From contig CAWKPB010000007.1 in assembly GCA_963851405.1 (NCBI GenBank), forward strand, positions 421,117 through 485,116: 64,000 bases of DNA, given 5' to 3'. This stretch comes from an uncultured Actinomycetota bacterium (GTDB lineage: Bacteria > Actinomycetota > Actinomycetes > DATJPE01). Below, piece after piece: positions 52,446-64,000 of the stretch. The notes under the pieces are model-generated. The model saw nothing but the letters and a program-made list of their open reading frames with translations, did no database searches and was not told the DNA's origin. Within the stretch, counting starts at the first letter, position 1; the number at the start of each line of letters is the position of its first letter. The translations under genes and the position numbers were made by a program.

Positions 52446-55400
52446 TTGGCCGCCCCGCGCAATACGAAGTCCCGCACTGATGCCACAAAACTCGGATCAA
52501 ACCGCCTCTCCTTCGCCAAGCTCAGGGAACCCCTCGAGGTTCCCAATTTGCTGGCGCTGCAGACGGACTCCTTCGATTGGCTGCTGGGCAACGACGCCTG
52601 GCGCGCCCGCGTCGAGGATGCCAAGGCCTCTGGCCTGTCGGTGCCCGACAAGTCTGGGCTGGAGGAGATCTTCGAGGAGATTTCTCCGATCGAGGACTTC
52701 TCGCAGTCGATGTCGTTGACCTTCCGCGATCATCGCTTCGAGCCACCGAAGAACTCCATCGACGAGTGCAAGGACCGGGACTTCACGTACTCGGCTCCGC
52801 TGTTCGTCACGGCGGAGTTCATGAACAACGAGACCGGCGAAATCAAGAGCCAGACCGTCTTCATGGGCGACTTCCCCCTGATGACCGACAAGGGCACCTT
52901 CGTCATCAATGGCACCGAGCGCGTGGTTGTCTCGCAGCTGGTCCGCAGCCCTGGCGTCTACTTCAACCGGACTCCGGACAAGACCTCCGACAAGGACATC
53001 TACGACGCGAAGATCATCCCGTCCCGGGGTGCTTGGCTCGAGTTCGAGGTCGACAAGAAGGACATGGTCGGCGTCCGCCTGGACCGCAAGCGCAAGCAGT
53101 CCGTCACCGTCTTGCTGAAGGCACTGGGCTGGGACGAAGCCAAGATCCTCGAGGAGTTCGGCGAGTACGAGTCGATCCGGCTCACCCTGGAGAAGGACCA
53201 CACCACCTCCCAGGACGAGGCGTTGCTCGACATCTACCGCAAGCTGCGCCCGGGCGAGCCCCCCACGAGGGAGGCCGCGCAGACTCTGCTCGACAACCTC
53301 TACTTCAACTCCAAGCGGTACGACCTGGCCAAGGTCGGCCGCTACAAGGTCAACAAGAAGCTCGGCATCGACGAGGCCGAAGCACCCCTGTCTCACGGGG
53401 TTCTGCGCATCGACGACGTCGTGGCGACCATTCGGTACATCGTCCGTCTGCACGCGGGTGAGACGGAAGCTGATTCACCGCGCGGCCAGATCCGGGTCGA
53501 GACCGACGACATCGACCACTTCGGTAACCGCCGGCTTCGCACGGTCGGTGAGCTCATCCAAAACCAGGTCCGGATCGGTCTGGCCCGGATGGAGCGCGTC
53601 GTTCGCGAGCGCATGACCACCCAGGACGTCGAAGCCATCACGCCGCAGACCCTGATCAACATCCGTCCCGTTGTGGCGGCGATCAAGGAGTTCTTCGGCA
53701 CTAGCCAGTTGTCGCAGTTCATGGATCAGACCAACCCGTTGGCGGGTCTGACCCACAAGCGTCGGCTGTCTGCGCTCGGGCCTGGCGGCCTGTCGCGTGA
53801 GCGGGCCGGGTTCGAGGTGCGAGATGTGCACACCTCGCACTACGGCCGGATGTGTCCGATTGAGACCCCAGAAGGCCCGAACATCGGTCTGATCGGGTCG
53901 CTCGCGACCTACGGGCGGGTCAACGCGTTCGGCTTCGTCGAGACGCCGTATCGCAAGGTCGTCAAGGGCAAGGTCACCGACAAGGTCGACTACCTGACCG
54001 CGGACGAGGAAGACCTGCACGTCATCGCCCAGGCCAACGCGCCGCTCAACAACGACGGCACGTACGCCGAGGCGCGCGTGCTGGTCCGGCGCAAGAACGG
54101 AGAGGTCGACTACGTCCACCCCTCCGAGGTCGACTACATGGACGTCTCGCCGCGCCAGATGGTGTCGGTCGCCACGGCCATGATCCCGTTCCTCGAGCAC
54201 GACGACGCCAACCGGGCGCTCATGGGTTCCAACATGCAGCGCCAGTCGGTGCCGCTGTTGCGCTCCGAGGCGCCACTGGTGGGCACCGGCATGGAGTACC
54301 GCGCCGCGGTCGACGCCGGTGACGTCATCTTGGCCACGCTGAGTGGAGTGGTGGAGGATGTCTCCGCCGACCACGTCACGATCATGAACGACGACGGCAC
54401 ACGCACCACCTACCGCGCCGCGAAGTTCCACCGGTCCAACCAGGGCACGTCCTTCAACCAGAAGGTCATCGTCAACGAGGGCGAGCGAGTCGTGGCCGGC
54501 CAGGTCATCGCTGACGGTCCCTGCACCCAAGACGGTGAGATGGCACTCGGCAAGAACCTCCTCGTCGCGTTCATGCCCTGGGAGGGTCACAACTACGAGG
54601 ACGCCATCATCCTCAGCCAGCGGTTGGTCCAGGACGACGTCCTTTCCTCGATCCACATCGAGGAGCACGAGGTCGACGCCCGCGACACCAAGCTCGGCCC
54701 CGAGGAGATCACCCGGGACATCCCGAACGTCTCCGAAGAGGTCCTCGGTGACCTCGACGACCGCGGCATCATCCGCATCGGCGCCGACGTGGTGCCTGGT
54801 GACGTGCTGGTCGGCAAGGTCACGCCCAAGGGCGAGACCGAGCTGACCCCGGAGGAGCGGCTGCTGCGCGCGATCTTCGGGGAGAAGGCCCGCGAAGTCC
54901 GCGACACGTCGCTGAAGGTGCCGCACGGCGAGTCCGGCAAGATCATCGGCGTCCGCGTCTTCGACCGCGAGGAAGGCGACGAGCTGCCGCCCGGCGTCAA
55001 CCAGTTGGTCCGCGTCTACGTAGCCCAAAAGCGGAAGATCTCCAACGGTGACAAGCTCGCCGGTCGCCACGGCAACAAGGGCGTCATCGCCAAGATCCTC
55101 CCCGTCGAGGACATGCCGTTCCTCGAGGACGGCACGGCGGTCGACATCGTGCTCAACCCGCTGGGCGTGCCCGGCCGGATGAACGTCGGCCAGGTCCTGG
55201 AGACCCACCTCGGGTGGGTAGCCAAGACCGGGTGGTCCTTCGAGGGCGACGAGACCGACTGGAAGGCCAGCCTGCGCTCAATCGGCGCCGAGGAAGGGGC
55301 CCCCGGAACTCGGGTCGCCACTCCGGTGTTCGACGGCGCCCGCGAGGGAGAGATCACCGGGCTGCTCCAGGCGACCCTGCCGACCCGCGATGGCGTCCGG

Positions 55401-55931
55401 CTGATCGACGACAGCGGCAAGGCCCGCTTGTTCGACGGTCGTTCAGGTGAGCCGTTCCGGGACCCGGTCTCGGTGGGTTACATCTACATCCTGAAACTGC
55501 TGCACCTGGTCGATGACAAGATCCACGCCCGCTCCACGGGGCCGTACTCGATGATCACGCAGCAGCCGTTGGGCGGCAAGGCTCAGTTCGGTGGCCAGCG
55601 CTTCGGCGAGATGGAGGTCTGGGCCCTCGAGGCCTATGGCGCCTCCTACGCGCTGCAGGAGCTGCTCACCATCAAGTCCGATGACGTCCTTGGTCGCGTG
55701 AAGGTGTACGAGGCCATCGTCAAGGGCGAAAACATTCCCGAGCCCGGTATCCCCGAGTCCTTCAAGGTGCTCATCAAAGAGATGCAGTCGCTGTGCCTCA
55801 ACGTCGAGGTGCTCAGCAGCGACGGCATGTCGATCGAGATGCGCGACACCGACGAGGACGTCTTCCGCGCAGCGGAAGAGCTCGGCATCGACCTGTCCCG
55901 GCCGGAGCCGAGCAGGGTCGAAGAGGTCTGA
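52446..55931 (+). CDS. rpoB: RNA polymerase beta subunit
   Basis: [17 protein letters not shown] and [12 protein letters not shown]; TTG start after GGAAGGA. Confidence 0.99.
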   Translation: MAAPRNTKSRTDATKLGSNRLSFAKLREPLEVPNLLALQTDSFDWLLGNDAWRARVEDAKASGLSVPDKSGLEEIFEEISPIEDFSQSMSLTFRDHRFEPPKNSIDECKDRDFTYSAPLFVTAEFMNNETGEIKSQTVFMGDFPLMTDKGTFVINGTERVVVSQLVRSPGVYFNRTPDKTSDKDIYDAKIIPSRGAWLEFEVDKKDMVGVRLDRKRKQSVTVLLKALGWDEAKILEEFGEYESIRLTLEKDHTTSQDEALLDIYRKLRPGEPPTREAAQTLLDNLYFNSKRYDLAKVGRYKVNKKLGIDEAEAPLSHGVLRIDDVVATIRYIVRLHAGETEADSPRGQIRVETDDIDHFGNRRLRTVGELIQNQVRIGLARMERVVRERMTTQDVEAITPQTLINIRPVVAAIKEFFGTSQLSQFMDQTNPLAGLTHKRRLSALGPGGLSRERAGFEVRDVHTSHYGRMCPIETPEGPNIGLIGSLATYGRVNAFGFVETPYRKVVKGKVTDKVDYLTADEEDLHVIAQANAPLNNDGTYAEARVLVRRKNGEVDYVHPSEVDYMDVSPRQMVSVATAMIPFLEHDDANRALMGSNMQRQSVPLLRSEAPLVGTGMEYRAAVDAGDVILATLSGVVEDVSADHVTIMNDDGTRTTYRAAKFHRSNQGTSFNQKVIVNEGERVVAGQVIADGPCTQDGEMALGKNLLVAFMPWEGHNYEDAIILSQRLVQDDVLSSIHIEEHEVDARDTKLGPEEITRDIPNVSEEVLGDLDDRGIIRIGADVVPGDVLVGKVTPKGETELTPEERLLRAIFGEKAREVRDTSLKVPHGESGKIIGVRVFDREEGDELPPGVNQLVRVYVAQKRKISNGDKLAGRHGNKGVIAKILPVEDMPFLEDGTAVDIVLNPLGVPGRMNVGQVLETHLGWVAKTGWSFEGDETDWKASLRSIGAEEGAPGTRVATPVFDGAREGEITGLLQATLPTRDGVRLIDDSGKARLFDGRSGEPFRDPVSVGYIYILKLLHLVDDKIHARSTGPYSMITQQPLGGKAQFGGQRFGEMEVWALEAYGASYALQELLTIKSDDVLGRVKVYEAIVKGENIPEPGIPESFKVLIKEMQSLCLNVEVLSSDGMSIEMRDTDEDVFRAAEELGIDLSRPEPSRVEEV

Positions 55932-56023
55932 GGGGCCGCCGAGGACGGTTCACGCCGCCCCCGGACCCAGCAGACCACTGACTTCATGTCAGACGAAGAC
56001 ACGACCGAAGGACAGGTAACCAA

Positions 56024-59896
<3,873 letters not shown>

Positions 59897-59909
59897 GCCG
59901 GATCGCGTT

Positions 59910-59939
59910 TTGACCGTGGTGCGCAAGCGCGGGTAGCCT
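59910..59939 (+). promoter_or_regulatory. Putative sigma-A promoter of the str operon
   Basis: TTGACC-N18-TAGCCT. Confidence 0.65.
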
Positions 59940-60164
59940 AGGCCGCTGTGCCTGGGGTTCCCTGGGCCCCCGTGCGTGCCCTGCGGCAAATTCGCGGACG
60001 GCGTACGGCTTCACCGACACCTTCGGCTGGGGTAACCCGGCTGAGGCGAAGGCTGCGACACGCCCGACCTCGGGGGTCGTGAAGACCACGCAAGACCAGC
60101 ACGACGTTCAGCCGCACGAACTTCCGCACCAACCGCGCACGATCGCACGAGACACGGAGACGCA

Positions 60165-60538
<374 letters not shown>

Positions 60539-60539
<1 letters not shown>

Positions 60540-61009
60540 TGCCCCGCAAGGGCCCGGCCCCCAAGCACCCGGTCGTCATCGACCCGGTCTACAGCAGCCC
60601 ATTGGTCACCGCGTTGGTCAACAAGATCCTCGTCGACGGCAAGAAGTCGACGGCTGAGCGCATCGTCTACGGCGCCCTCGAGGGCTGCCGCGACAAGACC
60701 GGCACCGACCCCGTCGTGACCCTCAAGCGCGCGCTGGACAACGTCAAGCCCACCCTCGAGGTCAAGAGCCGTCGGGTGGGTGGCGCCACCTACCAGGTGC
60801 CGATCGAGGTACGCGCGGGGCGCTCGACCACCCTCGCCCTACGCTGGCTGGTCGGCTACTCGCGGCAGCGCCGCGAGAAGACCATGACCGAGCGGCTGAT
60901 GAACGAGTTGCTCGACGCGAGCAACGGTCTTGGCGCGAGCGTCAAGAAGCGTGAAGACACGCACAAGATGGCCGAGTCCAACAAGGCCTTCGCGCACTAC
61001 CGCTGGTAA
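60539..61009 (+). CDS. rpsG: 30S ribosomal protein S7
   Basis: [11 protein letters not shown] and NKAFAHYRW. Confidence 0.99.
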
Positions 61010-61057
61010 CCAGCGACAACCCCTTAGACCCCCCGAAGAGAAGCGAGAAGTCCGAAC

Positions 61058-63160
61058 GTGGCCACCGAAACCGTCGCCGCCCTGGCCAAGGTCCGAAACA
61101 TCGGGATCATGGCCCATATCGACGCGGGCAAGACCACGACGACCGAGCGGATCCTCTTCTACACGGGCATCAACTACAAGATCGGCGAGGTCCACGAGGG
61201 CGCCGCGACGATGGACTGGATGCCGCAGGAGCAGGAGCGCGGCATCACGATCACGTCCGCCGCGACGACCTGTCAGTGGGAAGACCACGTCATCAACATC
61301 ATCGACACCCCCGGCCACGTCGATTTCACCGTGGAGGTCGAGCGTTCGCTGCGGGTCCTCGACGGTGCCGTCGCGGTCTTCGACGGTGTCGCCGGCGTCG
61401 AGCCCCAGTCAGAGACCGTGTGGCGTCAGGCCGACCGCTACAACGTGCCCAGGATCTGCTTCGTCAACAAGCTCGACCGCGTGGGTGCTGAGTTCCACCG
61501 GTGCGTCGACATGATCGTCACGCGACTCAACGCCACTCCGCTCGTTCTGCAGATTCCGATCGGCGCCGAAGGAGACTTCACCGGCGTCATCGACCTGGTC
61601 GGCATGCGCGCCCTCGTCTGGTCCGCCGAGGCCACCAAGGGCGAGATGTACGACACCCTCGACATTCCCGCGACGCACACCGAGGCCGCGCGCGACGCCC
61701 GCGAGAAGTTGCTCGAGACGCTCGCTGAGAACGACGACGCCGTCATGGAGCAGTACCTCGAAGGCGCTGAGCCGACCGAGGAGGAGCTGATCGCGGCGAT
61801 CCGTCGCGCGACCATCGCCGGCCTCCTCAACCCGGTTCTGTGCGGCTCCGCGTTCAAGAACAAGGGCGTCCAGCCGATGCTCGACGCGGTCATTCGTTAC
61901 CTACCGTCTCCGTTGGACGTTGACGCCATCGAGGGCCACAAGGTCGGCGACGAGTCGGTAGCCGTCCCGCGTCAGCCCAGCGATGACGAGCCGTTCTCCG
62001 CGCTGGCGTTCAAGATCATGTCCGACCCGCACCTGGGCAAGCTCACCTACATCCGGCTCTATTCCGGGGTCCTGCAGACCGGCACCGCCGTGCTCAACAG
62101 CACGAAGGGCCGCAAGGAGCGGATCGGGAAGATCTACCAGATGCACGCCAACAAGCGTGAGGAGCGCCCCTCGGTCGGCGCGGGCCACATCGTGGCCGTG
62201 ATGGGCCTGAAGGACACGACGACCGGCGACACCCTCTGCTCGGACAGCGAGCCGGTGATCCTGGAGTCGATGACCTTCCCGGCGCCCGTCATCCACGTGG
62301 CCATCGAGCCGAAGTCCAAGGCTGACCAGGAGAAGCTCGGCATCGCTATCCAGCGCTTGGCCGAAGAGGACCCGACCTTCCAGGTGCGTACCGACGAAGA
62401 GACCGGGCAGACGATCATCGCCGGCATGGGCGAACTACACCTCGACGTGCTCGTCGATCGGATGCGCCGCGAGTTCAATGTCGAGGCCAACGTCGGTAAG
62501 CCCCAGGTGGCCTACCGAGAGACCATCACCAAGAAGGTCGAGCGGGTCGACTACACCCACAAGAAGCAGACCGGTGGGTCCGGCCAGTTCGCCAAGGTGC
62601 AGATCTCGATCGAGCCGAGCGGCGGAGAGGGCGACGGCGGCTACGAGTTCGTCAACGCCGTTACCGGTGGCCGGATCCCGCGGGAGTACATCCCTTCGGT
62701 GGACACCGGATGCCAGGAAGCCATGGAGTTCGGCGTCCTCGCCGGCTACCCGCTGGTGGACGTCAAGGTCACCTTGAAGGACGGCGCGTACCACGACGTC
62801 GACTCCTCGGAACTGGCCTTCAAGATCGCCGGATCGATGGCCTTCAAGGAGGGCGCCCGCCAAGCGGGGCCGGTCCTCATGGAGCCGATGATGTCCGTCG
62901 AGGTCACCACCCCCGAAGACTTCATGGGCGAGGTGATCGGAGACCTCAACAGTCGCCGCGGTCACATTCAGGCCATGGATGAGCGAAGTGGGGCGCGCGT
63001 CATCAAGGCGATCGTCCCGTTGTCGGAGATGTTCGGCTATGTCGGGGATCTTCGAAGCAAGACGCAAGGCAGGGCCAGTTACAGCATGCAGTTCGACTCC
63101 TACGCGCAGGTTCCGGCCAGCGTCGCGTTGGAGATCATCGCCAAGGCCCGCGGGGAGTAA
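61058..63160 (+). CDS. fusA: Elongation factor G
   Basis: [22 protein letters not shown] and NKLD. Confidence 0.99.
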   Translation: MATETVAALAKVRNIGIMAHIDAGKTTTTERILFYTGINYKIGEVHEGAATMDWMPQEQERGITITSAATTCQWEDHVINIIDTPGHVDFTVEVERSLRVLDGAVAVFDGVAGVEPQSETVWRQADRYNVPRICFVNKLDRVGAEFHRCVDMIVTRLNATPLVLQIPIGAEGDFTGVIDLVGMRALVWSAEATKGEMYDTLDIPATHTEAARDAREKLLETLAENDDAVMEQYLEGAEPTEEELIAAIRRATIAGLLNPVLCGSAFKNKGVQPMLDAVIRYLPSPLDVDAIEGHKVGDESVAVPRQPSDDEPFSALAFKIMSDPHLGKLTYIRLYSGVLQTGTAVLNSTKGRKERIGKIYQMHANKREERPSVGAGHIVAVMGLKDTTTGDTLCSDSEPVILESMTFPAPVIHVAIEPKSKADQEKLGIAIQRLAEEDPTFQVRTDEETGQTIIAGMGELHLDVLVDRMRREFNVEANVGKPQVAYRETITKKVERVDYTHKKQTGGSGQFAKVQISIEPSGGEGDGGYEFVNAVTGGRIPREYIPSVDTGCQEAMEFGVLAGYPLVDVKVTLKDGAYHDVDSSELAFKIAGSMAFKEGARQAGPVLMEPMMSVEVTTPEDFMGEVIGDLNSRRGHIQAMDERSGARVIKAIVPLSEMFGYVGDLRSKTQGRASYSMQFDSYAQVPASVALEIIAKARGE

Positions 63161-63288
63161 CCCCGAGAGCCGAGCACACCGGGCAAAGACGCAACCCGCG
63201 ACGGAGCCCCGAGCGAGTAGAAACCTCTGCTCGTTCACACCGACCAGACGTCAGAACGGCGTACAGATCAAGTCCTGAAGGAGGACCC

Positions 63289-64000
63289 GTGGCGAAGGCG
63301 AAGTTCGAGCGGACTAAGCCGCACGTCAATATCGGCACCATCGGTCACATTGACCATGGCAAGACCACGTTGACGGCTGCCATTACCAAGGTGCTGCACG
63401 ACAAGTACCCCGACCTGAACCCCTTCACGCCGTTCGACCAGATCGATAAGGCCCCTGAAGAGCGTCAGCGCGGAATCACCATCTCCATCGCCCACGTGGA
63501 GTACCAGACGGAGGCGCGTCACTACGCCCACGTCGACTGCCCCGGGCACGCCGACTACATCAAGAACATGATTACCGGCGCAGCGCAGATGGACGGCGCG
63601 ATCCTCGTGGTCGCGGCCACCGACGGCCCGATGCCGCAGACGAAGGAGCACGTCCTCCTGGCCCGCCAGGTCGGCGTTCCCTACATCGTCGTGGCGCTCA
63701 ACAAGGCCGACATGGTCGATGACGAGGAGATCCTGGAGCTCGTGGAGCTCGAGGTTCGCGAGTTGCTCAGCCAGTACGAGTTCCCTGGCGACGACTTGCC
63801 CGTCATCCGGGTCTCGGCGCTGAAGGCACTCGAAGGCGACGAAGAGTGGGGCGCCAAGCTGCTCGAGCTGATGGACGCGGTTGACACGGCGATCCCGCAG
63901 CCGGTTCGCGAGGTCGAGAAGCCGTTCCTCATGCCGATCGAGGACGTCTTCACCATCACCGGTCGAGGCACGGTTGTCACCGGCCGGATCGAGCGGGGCA
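63289..64000 (+). CDS. tuf: Elongation factor Tu (3' partial)
   Basis: [27 protein letters not shown] and DCPGHADY; GGAGG SD. Confidence 0.99.
   Translation, partial: MAKAKFERTKPHVNIGTIGHIDHGKTTLTAAITKVLHDKYPDLNPFTPFDQIDKAPEERQRGITISIAHVEYQTEARHYAHVDCPGHADYIKNMITGAAQMDGAILVVAATDGPMPQTKEHVLLARQVGVPYIVVALNKADMVDDEEILELVELEVRELLSQYEFPGDDLPVIRVSALKALEGDEEWGAKLLELMDAVDTAIPQPVREVEKPFLMPIEDVFTITGRGTVVTGRIERG

Noticed and set aside
53690-53800. Rifampicin-resistance substitutions in RpoB
   Set aside because: The region reads [26 protein letters not shown] with the key Q, D, H and S residues unchanged.

Overview
High-GC actinobacterial chromosomal segment, mostly core genome. It holds a near-complete classical menaquinone cluster (menA/E/B/C/D/F/G/J plus a polyprenyl diphosphate synthase), the 14-gene nuoA-N operon, rarD, korAB, a three-gene second nuoB/nuoC/nuoI module coupled to htpX, yajQ, tRNA-Tyr/Thr/Met, rpmG, an SDR with two MaoC genes, murB, add, an aspartate aminotransferase, tRNA-Trp, secE-nusG-rplKAJL-rpoBC-rpsL-rpsG-fusA and a partial tuf. 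Many single-base frameshifts in conserved genes before about 41.4 kb look like sequencing or consensus indels. The most striking unexplained signal is a family of seven imperfect palindromes, each exactly 57 bp (consensus CGARTGCnGnGAAGnnGACCCTTT-N9-AAAGGGTCnnCTTCnCGGCAYTCG). They sit at gene boundaries, carry a polarity-defining flanking mismatch, and form same-orientation pairs with shared private variants around accessory genes. One pair brackets an AbiEi-like/DUF559 (Vsr-like) nuclease gene, suggesting a REP/RAYT-like or cassette-like system run by a different enzyme class; this is inference. Also notable: two apparent CUG starts coupled to upstream stops, a Rex-type operator ahead of menJ-nuo, and pervasive leaderless genes.
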